Source: Lingula anatina (Eukaryota > Animalia > Brachiopoda). From it: a DNA stretch of 64,000 nt. The position numbers were made by a program, and so were the translations under genes. The notes beneath the pieces are model-generated. The model saw only the letters and a list, made by a program, of their open reading frames with translations. It was not told the origin of the DNA and ran no database searches. The stretch covers positions 5,766,001-5,830,000 of the forward strand of contig CM120646.1 of the NCBI GenBank assembly GCA_051362555.1, written 5' to 3'. Position 1 is the stretch's first letter. The number at the start of each line of letters is the position of its first letter. Below are positions 1 to 12,512 of the stretch, piece after piece.

Positions 1-147
1 GCGTTCTTTGACACTCCTCTTTCTCTTAATTGGAGAGTCTATAGAGGTTGAAATTTTGTCCATTTTATTTCTTTTAATTTTCTTTTTCGTTACGCCTTTT
101 GCAACCAGCTGACTCCTAGAGAACGAACATAATAATGTATATCTTAC

Positions 148-324
148 CAACATTTCCCCTCCTTTTATAAGACCTGTCTCCTTAACGTGCTTATCAACTG
201 CTATGTCGTTGCGTCCAATTTCTGAGAAGATAAAACTATATTAGATATTGATATCATATGGCGGCGACATTGGCCGAATATCAATCGAATCTGTCCTGGA
301 ACATGTTTGGTAAGTTGAACAAAA

Positions 325-363
<39 letters not shown>

Positions 364-538
364 GCAGTGCTGTAATCAATAATATATCCTGACAGAATTC
401 GCATTTATATGAAATTGGTGGTGGTGGATTCGTGTATAAAGTTATCATTTACTCACTTAGAGGTGCATAAACCATCCATGCTATTATGCCGACAGTGAAA
501 ATAACAATACCTCGAATTACTACCGGCCTGGTCTTCAT
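148..538 (-). CDS. 5' coding exons (457-538, 148-221) of a fourth carbohydrate sulfotransferase paralog; catalytic exon lies left of the window
   Basis: ATG at 538 gives MKTRPVVIRGIVIFTVGIIAWMVYAPL (type II anchor), with GTGAGT donor, CTCAG acceptor and GTAAGA donor. Near-identical to exons 1-2 of the copy at 13736-14108. Confidence 0.85.
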
Positions 539-1385
539 GTTGTCTATCAACAAATAAATAAATAAATAAATAAATATATAAATTAATAAAACAAAAAATT
601 AGAAAAGCACTCAGCGGAAACTTCTACCAAGACAAATAATTAACTAGCAATTAACCATTTATTAATAATAGATCGTTAGCAGCTACAAGATTGACATAAT
701 CCACTATCAAACTGATTGAACATGCAATATAAATCTACTACAATTGCTTTCAATTTAAGCTTTAATAATATCATTGGTATAAGTCATAGTTGTTCATTTG
801 GTTAAATATTTCTCAACTTACTCGGTGCGACCAAGTACCTTGAATAGCCTCTTCTAGATGGTTTGGATGATAAGTCTAAAATTTAGAATGAATTCTTGGA
901 TGTTTTACTTTAACCTATGCGCCTTTGCTTTTTAACGACGGAGTATGCAGCCACCTGCATGCAGCAGGGTATATTTTAAATTTAGATGTTTAATCATCTG
1001 TAAGTCAGAAGGCCCCTATAAAGTTTTTGCATTGAATGTCTGTGGCTGCCATATTCTGAAAAGTGGAAATAAGTCTGCTTTTTTATTGAATGGAACCCCT
1101 TGCTACGCAATACTGTAAGAATTGTATTCATTGCGGGGTCTAACAAATCTTTGAAGCAAAATATCACATTATAACCCCTGATATTTGTTGATAGCGCAAT
1201 CTAAGGAGCTAGTTGAGGCTTTCCCACATGATATGAACACAGCAGTTCTTCACGGTTGCTGATGCCCCTGGGTTCTGGTATGCCTGGATGGTACCGTGGT
1301 CTTCGTGATACGAGATATACCACCTGTATATCAGAATAAAATAAAATTGTGAAATAAAGTAGCAATCTAAATAGTTGGAAAATGT

Positions 1386-1423
<38 letters not shown>

Positions 1424-1469
1424 ATTCACTGTTGCTTTCCCTGTTTCATTTGAAAGAGGTGAATTCAGA

Positions 1470-2087
1470 TACTACAGAGTTCAACGTGACAATGTGATGA
1501 GGATAAAACGACCTTCGTTGAGCCCTGACTCTAACCCCAACGACCAGCGTTTATCAAGATCGCCAGATTTGAACCACATAGACAACCTGTGGTTAGGTCA
1601 TTACTCGCCGAATCAACGGCCAACTGGTCCTATATGTACATCAAAAGCGAACCAAATCGGACAAAATTTGACCGATGCCTGGAATGTTATTCTAGATCAA
1701 ACCCTGAAAACCTATCTCAAGGAATGCCTTGTCGCTTGAGAGCGCTGGTAGCAGCCAGATGCGGTCAGACGCACTAGCGACCGTTGCTGTGACTAGACAG
1801 CTGACATGAGGGTCCTTTGTGGGGCGTGTAACTCTATGACGATTTGGAAAACATGGAGATCCAAAATATCGCTTTTTTATGGCTGTCGTATGACTTAGGA
1901 TCAGCAATGTATTTTTGTTTGCTTCACTGGCGAATTCAATTAATGAACTGATGTCGCAATGACATCAAAGATATTATTAAAAGCTATTAGAACACGATTT
2001 TAATCTTTTTTCATTATCAGTCAGCAAAATAGGAAAAAACTGATGAAAAAAGAGTTGGGAAAATTTCCATATTAAATGTCAAGTGTG
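1470..2087 (+). mobile_element. Degenerate Tc1/mariner 3' remnant
   Basis: Translations RPSLSPDSNP and SRSPDLNHIDNLW match the Tc1 WPxxSPDLNPIENLW motif. Terminus ...AAGTGTG|TA at 2087. Homologous to 10310-10834. Confidence 0.75.
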
Positions 2088-2099
2088 TAGTTAAACAAC

Positions 2100-2713
2100 A
2101 ATTTAAACTACTTGGTATACACCTTAACAGTAAATTGAATTGGAAAGATAACACCGCAAAGAGTGTAAAGAAGGCACGGCAAAGACCGTATTTTTTAAGA
2201 TCATTGAGAACTCTTACTGATAGCGTGCCTATTTTAGTCAATTTTTACAGGTGTGTAATTGAAAGCATTCTAGCGTACGGAATTATAATATGGTATAGCG
2301 GAACAGCTGGGGAGGAAAGGAAGAAATTAGCAAACGTTGTAAAAACTGCAAGCAGGATTATCGGGCAGGGTCTCCCCAAGCTGGAAGATATTTTTAAAGA
2401 CAGGACGGAGAAAAGAATTGTCAACACCATGAAAGACTCTTTCCATCCTGCATCATCTCTTTTTACGTTTTTACCAAGCAACAGTAGACTTTTAACTTTT
2501 AAAGGCAGTAAACGCTTTTTAAATAGCTTTTATCCAAGTGCAGTGACGCATTTTAATTTGATCTCAAAACTAAATTCTTAATTTATTTATTTATTGTATT
2601 ATTTTATTATTTTACTCTGTATACTGCTCCAAAAGGAAAATGATTTCCGATTTTTATAATTGGCTAAATAAACTCTTATCTTATCTTATCTTATCTTATC
2701 TTATCTTATCTTA
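2100..2713 (+). mobile_element. 5'-truncated Rex1/Babar (CR1-group) LINE: C-terminal ORF2 fragment with (TTATC)n tail
   Basis: ORF 2135-2581 has KKARQRPYFLR, FYRCVIESIL, DSFHPASSLF and RFLNSFYPSAV, typical of the post-RT region of Rex1-type LINEs. AATAAA at 2667 is followed by about 8 TTATC units. The paralogous site at ~10845 is empty. Confidence 0.85.
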
Positions 2714-2940
2714 ACGTATTAGTCTCTATTTCCATCACACAAAATAAAGAACTTCATATCTGAAACCTGGTGCGGAGATGACTTTTTCACCGGTTTTGGA
2801 TAGAGTGATATCGGAGTTTTCAAGGAAATTGTTTTTGTTATGTTACATAATGGTATAATAATCTTTTTAAATAAAAATAAATAAATAAAATAAATAAATC
2901 AATAAAAACGAGCCTTCAGTCTCCGAACAACAGATTATTC

Positions 2941-5900
2941 TTACTTTAAATCAAGATCATAACCTAATATGTCTGCATCAGTTTTATACAAAGTCTGCAG
3001 TTGTTTGATCATCCAAGGTTTAAGAGTCTGGAAATGTTTGGAGACCAAATCCTTGGTCTTTTTCGCAAAGTCAACATTGTCTGATTGCGGATAGGTGATT
3101 TCGTCAATCCCTAACATTTTCAAAAGATTGTTGGAATCCTCAACAATGGTTTCGTATCTTCCTATGACTTCATAATCGACGCTGCAGGGGTGGCACAAGG
3201 AGTGCTGAATACCCCAGTGGACATCAGGATGATTTTTGGTATCTATCACATACTGGATATATTCTGGGAATGTTACATTGTACTCCATCATCATTTGATG
3301 TGTTACGTCCCGTTTTTTGTGGATAGAACGTAAAACGTAGCCTGCAATTCTTGGGTCGTAAATATCATTTTTTGCTCTTTGGAGTTTTTCTCTGAAAAAT
3401 GAGACCAGTCTCTCGAATGGATGCCTCGTGATAAGAACTTTAGTGTAGTTTTTCAGTCTGGCGTCGCTGTCTGATCTGCTCGTGAATGATTTTAATCTCT
3501 TCAACGCTTTGTTTGACCATACGTGGTGAACATCATTCTTTTTTTGGGACCATATGTAAGACTTATTCAATTTGCACGTCATCAGCAGCATGATTCTTTT
3601 CCAGTTGGTACAGCCAACTTTAGGAATTTCACAGAAGATGAACTTGTGATGATCATCCACCCAAAACTGATGTAAAGCTCGCCCTGCTGGTAATGGGCTT
3701 GTTTTGATTTTGTGTAGCGCACATTTCCGGCGTATGAATTCTTTCCGTTTTACAATTGTCTCTGCCCACGATGTATTAACTGATGAAGCGTTCGTCCTGG
3801 GTGAAAGCTGGAAAAAATAGATGAATTAAGAAAGCATATCAGTGTGTTTAACAAAGACACAATTTATAGATTAAAGAAATAAGCCAACTGCTATACAAAG
3901 TTGGTTTTGTTCCCGTATATATACATTTTTTCTGACGATTCTACTCGGATGCGTGGTCAATTTGACTTTGTTGATAATTTGTTGATAATTTTTCTCGGTA
4001 AAATGAGTACAATTTAAATGTTTGTATCAATCACATTATATAGGATATATGTATTATTTATTCAAAGCGAGAGTGCAAATATTCACTGTGTTGGATGAGT
4101 ATTTTGACCTTATGCAAAACCGCCGCAATTGCGTTTAGATATTAAGCAATATAAGGGAAACCTCAGAGGATTCAACATTTTAGTAAACATGTCGAGTACT
4201 TCCTTAATGCGTCCATGTAAAACGAAATCCACCGAAGTTGGTTGATTGAGAGAGGAAAGCAAGCTTTATTAAGTTCCATACTTTCTCTAACGAACCATCT
4301 TTGGATCTTTCTCCATGAGAAGCTTTTCTGCGAACCCTCTCGATTTACAACTTTTCAGCGTTTCTGCTTCCACTGTTGTTTTTGGCAAGAACGATGTCCT
4401 CGTTTTTGGTAAAGGCTTGGTTTTGGAGATATTCCAAGTTGCTTCAGTATTTCTCCCACTAGTTTCGGCTTTCCCCGGAGACGCTTTGGCTTGCAAATTA
4501 GCTTCACTAATTTCAATAATGTTGGGGAAAGTTTGCTCTTCAGTTTTTTCATATTTGTCCTTGCGAATCTGTTAATAAATAGAGATGCCAAAATACTATC
4601 AATACTAAACTCATTTTGTTTTGTATTAGAAATTTGAACTTTCAGTTAGACTTTAAGGGACAAAATTTCCTAAAATTATTAACATGTGGTCATGTAAATA
4701 CTGTTGCTGTGTATATAAGCAAACCAAGTCAAACAATTTTTTTCTTTTTTTCAGTAAGGAAAAAAAATTTACATGAATAAGTATTTGGTATATGTGTCTG
4801 ACATTGTATAACCAGCTCCATTTCTTACTTCAGCGTCAGATTATGACGTTTCAAATAATGGGCACCAAAAAAAAAAAGTTGGTTGGTCACTTAATTTCCC
4901 TTTTTATATGAATTATTTTGACGTTGATTTATGATAAATGAATATTATGATAAATGAATATTCTGGCACCTTCACGCATGCGCAGTAGTATCTCTATTGC
5001 CATCGGATCATGAAGGTTCCACTAATATCTGTCGTGTGTATATGGATCTCATCTTCTTCGTCTTGTTGTTGCTCAAAATCGACAAACACATTTTTCAAAG
5101 CAACCGCGACCGCCATTTTCTCTCTTTAACTTATTACTACGCATGCGCAAGGTGCCAGAATCTCCTCCAAGCGCAGCCGAGAATTAATTACAGCTTTGGA
5201 AGTGACTAGCTCGCGCTGCTAGTTAATTACGCGCGCAGACCGTGATCACTAGATACCACCAATGGATTTTTGGATTTTTAGAATTTAGATTTTTCATGTG
5301 AACGGTGCCTAATATCCATGCAACAGGGTCCCAGCGTCCTTTCACAATTTGTTTCCTCCTTAATTGGAAAGTCTTGTTAATTTCATTCCAATACATTTTC
5401 ATCCTTGATTACATAAGGGTATACGGTGTTTTTTTTTTTTTTTTTTAACAATATGGTAGGCCTAGATGTATAAAATGGGTCACTGCACTCACGCGGGGTT
5501 GTAGAACCGCATTTTGCAACCAACTCACAACTAGAGAGCGAACATGATAATGTAGATATTACCATTACTGTCTCTCCCTTTGTAATACCCGTCTCCTTAG
5601 CATGCACCTTTCCAACTGCTATGTCGTTGCGTCTGATTTCTAAAAGAAAAAAACCAGATTTGATATAACGGTAGCATTTCCCAAACATTAATCATACAAG
5701 TCACTTATCCAGGAAAACTTGAACAAAATAACGAGAAAGAGAGAGAGGTCAAAAGATATACCGCTATTGGTTAAAACATAGCACTGTAATCAATCAAATA
5801 TTCTAAAAGAAATTGCATGTATATGAAATGAAATGATAGTGGTAGTGGATTCGTGTATTAAGTTATCATTTACTCACTTAGAGACGCATAAGCCATCCAT

Positions 5901-5959
5901 GCTATAATTCCGACAGTGAAAATAGCAATACCTTGAATTACTACCGACCTGGTCTTCAT
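2941..5959 (-). CDS. Carbohydrate sulfotransferase (CHST8-14 / Sulfotransfer_2 family), copy 1; exons 5878-5959, 5563-5639, ~4282-4568, 2941-3807; possibly pseudogenised
   Basis: 5'-PSB IPKVGCTNWK, 3'-PB RHPFERLVSFF, DVHW, CHPCSVDY and an N-terminal TM exon. Exon 3 has an in-frame TAG (4287-4289) and +2 nt just before the donor used by the paralogs. Confidence 0.85.
4960..5161. repeat. Non-autonomous insertion with internal inverted repeat in intron 2 of CHST copy 1
   Basis: ATTCTGGCACCTTCACGCATGCGCAGTAGTA (4960-4990) is an imperfect reverse complement of TACTACGCATGCGCAAGGTGCCAGAAT (5135-5161). This intron is ~500 bp longer than in copy 3. Confidence 0.55.
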
Positions 5960-6707
5960 GTTCTCTAACAAAAATAAATAAATTAAAAAAAAAAAGAAAT
6001 TAGAAACATTCTTTGCAGAGAAGAATGTTCATGTAGATGAAAAAAGAGAACCACCAACACCAATTTATTATGTGTTGATAGATTTTACTTTATGTTGAAT
6101 TCTGTGACAGTTCACGGCCTTTGACTTTTATATATGTAGGTGATGGTTTACAAGTTGGATAAACCGATAGCCCCCCCCCCCTCCATATAAGGTCCTTTTC
6201 TATTTCTGATCAGTTTTACTATACACACCAGCCCTGTTGAGAAGCTAGAGTCTATGGAAAACAGAGTCTATGCAAAACATCTGATCCATATACATTCACC
6301 TACAACTGTATTTGTCTTTTCTACGCATAATCTATAAATATTCATTTCGAACCAGGTTAACTTTAAGATACCAGCATATATCTTATGAATTAATAATGCC
6401 ACTGCTAGTACGATATAATGTATACGTTTCTCAGGCACGGCACCTTAACATTATACTGATATACTAATTATAATGCAAAGATCCAATTGGAATCTGGCCT
6501 AGAACAATTGTGATCTGGTCCAGCCCAGTTAGTAACTGGACTAGATTAGGATCTGTGACATATAATATATACATCGAGCTTTCAGGAGGAACTTTTATGT
6601 ATATGAAAAGCACTCAAATGGAGAGGATTTCACTGAAATGAATTATGTACTCGGCAAAAATCCGCATGAAAATGGCTGTTAGAAATGTAACACATTATTT
6701 GATACTA

Positions 6708-8040
6708 CAGACTTACTTGACATTTAATATGGAATATTCTTTTTCAAATCATTTTTCTCTGATTTTTTCCCTACTTATCCGACTATATACAGATGAAAAC
6801 AGGGATTTGAATCTTGCTTTAATAACATTTACTAATTTTCATGATTATTGTGAGATCAGTTCTTTATCTGAAATCACCCAATTAAGCAAACAAAAATACA
6901 TGGCTGATTCTTAGTCAAACAGCAACCATTAAAAGCGCTATTTCGATCCCCATATTTTCCAAATCATCATCTGTGAAAGAGTTAAACGCTTCACAACGGA
7001 CGCTCGTATCAGTGTCTAGTCACAGCAACGGCCAGTGGCACGTCTGGCCTCTTCTGGCTGCTACTGTGGCTCTAAAACGGTAAGGTATTCCTTCTGACAT
7101 GTTTGTTAGAGTTTGAATAGGAATATTGATCCAGGCTTCGGTCGGAGTTGTCCAATTTCCTTCAGATTTGTTGTAGGACCAGTAGGTCATTGATTTGGCG
7201 GGTACTGGCTACCCACAGATTGCTTATAGGCTTCAAATCTAGCAATCGTGATGGCCGCTTCTCACACCCTTGGTTCTGCAAGTAATCTGCACATACAGGC
7301 GCTATTCGTGGACTGATATCTTCAACTTGTAATGTTAAAGTGTTCCTGAGTTGCCCTCTAGCTAAGGTAAGGTAGTTGGTTTCCTGAATATTCCTTTTTG
7401 TTCTGGTTAAGGTTTCTATAGATGACTAACAATGAGGCTTTGTCATCAACGTGAAATGTGCCCCAAATACTGATGCTCCGACCTCCCCAAGTCGCTCTGG
7501 GACTGACATGACGCTTAGTTGTAGGTCTCTTCGGAATGTCTGAGAACTCTTATTTGGCCACTTTGGCAGCGGTATAGATAAAATCTATGTTTCCAGTATT
7601 GTACCCAAACACGTTTATGGTCCCCAATTCATTGCAGAAATAGAAGACGATTTTGCGCTGTTCACAGAGGGTTCCTCAGATATTGTATGGTATAGTAACC
7701 TGTTAATAAGTCTGGAGATTACAATGGCCCTTGAAAAAAGCTTTTTTGGTGACAAGTTGCCTCTTATTCTTCGGGGAACTGGCAGTATTTGTTTATTTGT
7801 AGCAGCAAAATCGTACAAACAATGGATCTTGTTTCTGGTGGCAAGATCTGGATACCTTGGGCGTAACCTGTGTTGAGGTACATTAGTCTGGGCATACCTC
7901 TGTAAGACTTTGCAGAGCTTTCCTTGCGACACAATGATCTATCTGACGATTTCTATCTGTTTTGCTCCATTCTGGCGCAGAGCAACAATGCTGTAACACT
8001 TTGTTTCGATCAGTTTACGCACGGTAACATCTTCTATTTG
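6708..8040 (-). mobile_element. Degenerate Tc1/mariner element (minus strand)
   Basis: TA|CAGACTT terminus at 6708. Minus-strand HTH-like remnant SQGKLCKVLQRYAQTN (7615-7932) and a C-terminal LDLKPISNLW-like remnant near 7215-7245. Confidence 0.7.
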
Positions 8041-8202
8041 TATGCAAAATTCCCATATTTTCTGCGCAGTCTTTGTTGAAATATCGAGACTTTTTTGGAC
8101 TGAGCCATGCTCTGCCATAGTCAAACCAAGTAGTTGGAACTCCTTGGTCATACTAAGACCAGTCGAAAGAGTGCTACCCAAAGAAATCACCACACATTGC
8201 GT

Positions 8203-8468
8203 TGTAAGGGACGCGATGGCGCCCCTTAGCATGTCCCACGCCCCTAGGATGTCGCGGCGCCCGCGCCTAGAAAGATTTATGATAAGGTAGCGCCTAGAAA
8301 GATTTATGATAAGGTATTATTATAATGAGACATTAAGGTAGATATAAATAGAACAGGTGGTGGGTAGAGAGAACAAGTTAGGTAGTGGGAATAAAGAAGC
8401 TGTTTGGAAATCCACGACTCTTGTTGCTCACTTCTTCTCGATCTGTGAACCTAAAATCGAACCTTACA
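8203..8468 (+). mobile_element. Solo LTR (Gypsy-like, 266 bp)
   Basis: TGTAAGG...CCTTACA terminal inverted repeats, 4-bp TSD GCGT (8199-8202 and 8469-8472), TATAAATA at 8343, AATAAA at 8390, internal 27-bp tandem duplication at 8263-8316. Confidence 0.85.
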
Positions 8469-9429
8469 GCGTTATGCTTCAGACAAGGCAGTCAGTTAAT
8501 TGTACTGACACATCTGACTACACATTTATTAATTCTCATAATTTACATGAAATGCACGTTTTAAAAATATATAATATATTTTTACCTAGACATGCCTTTG
8601 AAACGAAAATATTCCGTATTAAATGACAAGTCAGTGGTACATTATTATTATAATCAGTGTCAATTAAGAGCAGTATTAAAGTTATCAAATGCTAAGGATA
8701 TCGCATTATGTCACATAATCGTAACTTAGTCCAAATCATCTCTATATTACAATATAATTACTTTAACATACCTATTTGGACTACTTACCTGTTTATATGA
8801 AACCGTTTGTTATCAGCTACAGGACTGAAATATTAATCGAATTAATCGAATATGCATAATTTACTGAACTTGCTTTCAATTTGATGCTTTTATAACATCA
8901 TAGAAGCCATTATTGTTCATTTAGTTAAATATTTTTGAACTTACTAATTGTGATGAAGTAGATTGAAGAGCCCGTTCTAGATGGTGCTTTTTGATGTATA
9001 CCGTATACAGCCACCTGCATTTTACAGTGCGTTATTTAAATTTTTGATGTTTAATCATCGTGCAAGTCAGTGCGCACCTTTATAGTTTTTTGTATTGAAC
9101 GTTTGTGGCTGCTATCTCTTGAAAAATGAAAATAAGACCTTGACATTTTAAATCGCAACACAATACTGTTAGAATTGTATTCAAAACGGAAACTAACAAA
9201 TCCTTGAAACCAAAAATCACATTATAACCCCGAAAAGCCAACTATTGTGCAATCTAAGGAGCTAGCTGAGGCTTTCCCGCATGACGCACTAGATGTGGGC
9301 CGAAAAAAGTTTAATTTGATATAAATTAAAAATTGAAAAAAATATCGAAAAAAACTCTGGGCTTTCTCTGAGCTTTCTCTGTTTCAGTTTCAGTATCCAT
9401 TTGCAAGAGTTGATTTAAATGGTACAGCA

Positions 9430-10834
9430 GGCTTCATCGTGACAATGCATTTGCTCACAGTTCTCGTAAATTGAGTGATTTGTTTCAGGAACGCAATGCT
9501 CTGAGGATGGAATGGCATTCTTTGAGCCCTAATAATAACCCTATTGTGCTCCTTCGTCACTGATTGGAGAAAGCAATTTAGAGGAGATTCAACTCCCTAA
9601 TAATCTGTAGCCAATCCACCGAGCGCACCAGTAACAAAATTGTTAATCTGCATCAGAATGGTCTGAAAAAGGCAGACATTGCCAGACAGATAAGTGTTTC
9701 ACAAGGAACGGTCCACACAGTTTTATAGAAATATGCCCAGACTGATGTACTTACAGAGAGGCCACGCCCAATGGATCGAAATCTATACTGCCGAAACTAA
9801 ACAGAGACCACCCATTCCATTCAGAATGAGGGGCAAATTGCCATCAGAACGCGTTTTTCAATTACAAGGCCCTTAGCGACCACCAGACTGGTTTCAGCAG
9901 GTTAGAATACCAGGCGACCTCTGAGGAAGCCACTGTAAACAGCAACACATCGTCGTCTGTTCCTAGAATGAATTGGGGACCATGACCGATTTTCGGTAGA
10001 ATACTGATATCGCGTGGCTCTCTTAATTGAGGTCAGATTTCACCTGAACTGTTCAACTAGTCATAATAGAAGTTACAGACATCCTGAAGAGGCCTGCCAC
10101 GTCTAGAGTGCCTAGGGTCATTGGCTGCATCAGTATTTGGAGTGAATATTAAAATGGGGCCAAAACATTAAAGGTAGTAATCGATGAAAAAATCTGGGAA
10201 CCACTCGTCCACCAGTTGCTATAGGGGGCCCCTTAGGAACAATTTTAAGTTGTACAATGAAAATGCCGGTTAACACAAAGCACCTTTAATCACAGACAAC
10301 TTACAGAACCATTAAGATCGCCAGATTTGAACCACATAGACAATATGTGGGTAGGTCTGATCGACGAATCAACTGCCTACTGGTCCTACAACAAACCTGA
10401 ACCAAATCGGACAAGTTTTGACCGATGCCTGAAATGTTATTCTTGATTAAACCCTTCAAACCTATCTCAAGGAATGCCTTGCCGCTTGAGAGCCCTGGTA
10501 GCAGCCAGTTGAGGTCAGACGCACTAGCGACCGTTGCTGTGACTAGACACTGACATGATGGTCCTTTGTGGGGCGTGTAACTCTATGATGATTTGGAAAA
10601 GATGGAGATCCAAAATATCGCTTTTTATGGTTGTCATATGACTTAGCATCAGCAATGTATTTTTGTTTGCTTCACTGGCGATTTCAATTAATGAACTGAT
10701 GTCACAATGACATCAAAGAGATTATTAAAAGTTACTAGAACACGATTTTTATCTTTTTCATTATCAGTCAGCAAAATAGGAAAAAACTGATGAAAAAAGA
10801 TTTGGGAAAATTACCATATTAAATGTCAAGTCTG
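9430..10834 (+). mobile_element. Degenerate Tc1/mariner element(s), frameshifted transposase relic
   Basis: HTH-like NKIVNLHQNGLKKADIARQISVSQGTV near 9635-9715; RSPDLNHIDNMW near 10315-10350; terminus ...AAGTCTG|TA at 10834. Confidence 0.75.
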
Positions 10835-11372
10835 TAGATAAACGACAACGCATTAGTCTCTATTTCCATCACACAAAATTAGAAACTTTATATCTAAAAC
10901 TTGGTGTGGAGATGACTTTTTCACCGGCTTCAGATAGAGTGATATCGGAGTTTTCAAGGAAATTGTTTTTGTTATGTTACATAATGGTATAATAATCTTT
11001 TTAAAGTTAAAACTTCTATTGCATATTTTTATTTATTTGGCTAAATATGTGCTAAGTATACAAGGATCCTTATGATAATTAAGTCCATGTGGAATGGAGT
11101 ATTTTCTCCCTAGATAATGGTCAATTTTTGAAGATGCGCGTACCTCCTTACCTGCATTATTGCCTATTGGATTTATCAAATTGATTAATAAGTGAAAAAG
11201 GTTGTTCCAATGTTAAGATTAGGTAAATATTTTTCTGACTTAACGTAATGTTTATGACCCTGAACCAAATAATAATAATAATTATAATAATTATAATAAT
11301 AATAATAATAATAGTAAATAAATCAATAAATAAATTAAACAAAATAAAAAAGCCTGTCTCCGACATAATAGA

Positions 11373-12307
11373 TTATTCTAACTTTAAATCAAGATCATAA
11401 CCTAAAATGTCTGCATCAGTTTTATACAAAGTCTGCAGTTCCTTGATCATCCAAGGTTTAAGAGTCTGGAAATGTTTGGAGACCAAATCCTTGGTCTTTT
11501 TCGCAAAGTCAACATTGTCTGATTGCGGATAGGTGATTTCGTCAATCCCTAACATTTTCAAAAGATTGTTGGAATCCTCAACAATGGTTTCGTATCTTCC
11601 TATGACTTCATAATCGACGCTGCAGGGGTGGCACAAGGAGTGCTGAATACCCCAGTGGACATCAGGATACATTTTGGTGTCTATCACATACTGGATATAT
11701 TCTGGGAATGTTACATTGTACTCCATCATCATTTTATGTGTTACGTCCCGTTTTTTGTGGATAGAACGTAAAACGTAGCCTGCAATTCTTGGGTCGTAAA
11801 TATCATTTTTTGCTCTTTGGAGTTTTTCTCGGAAGAATGAGACCAGTCTCTCGAATGGATGCCTCGTGATAAGAACTTTAGTGTAGTTTTTAAGTCTGGC
11901 GTCGCTGTCTGATCTGCGTGTAAATGATTTTAATCTTTTCAACATTTTGTTTGACCATACGTGATGAACATCATTCTTTTTTTGAGACCATATGTAAGAC
12001 TTGTTGAATTTGCACGTCATCAGCAGCATGATTCTTTTCCAGTTGGTACAGCCAACTTTAGGAATTTCACAGAAGATGAACTTGCGATGATCATCCACCC
12101 AAAACTGATGTAAAGCTCGCCCTGCTGGTAATGGGCTTGTTTTGATTTTGTGTAGCGCACATTTCCGGCGTATGAATTCTTTCCGTTTTACAATTGTCTC
12201 TGCCCACGATGTATTAACTGATGAAGCGTTCGTCCTGGGTGGAAGCTGGAAAAAATAGATGAATTAAGAAAGCATATCAGTGTGTTTAACAAAGACACAG
12301 TTTATAG

Positions 12308-12356
<49 letters not shown>

Positions 12357-12445
12357 AAAAGAAAAAGAAGAACAGCAACTTTCTTGCCCCGACCGGTTTC
12401 TTTCTTTCTTCAGGGGGTTTTGTTTATTTGTTACTAGGTGATGTC

Positions 12446-12512
<67 letters not shown>

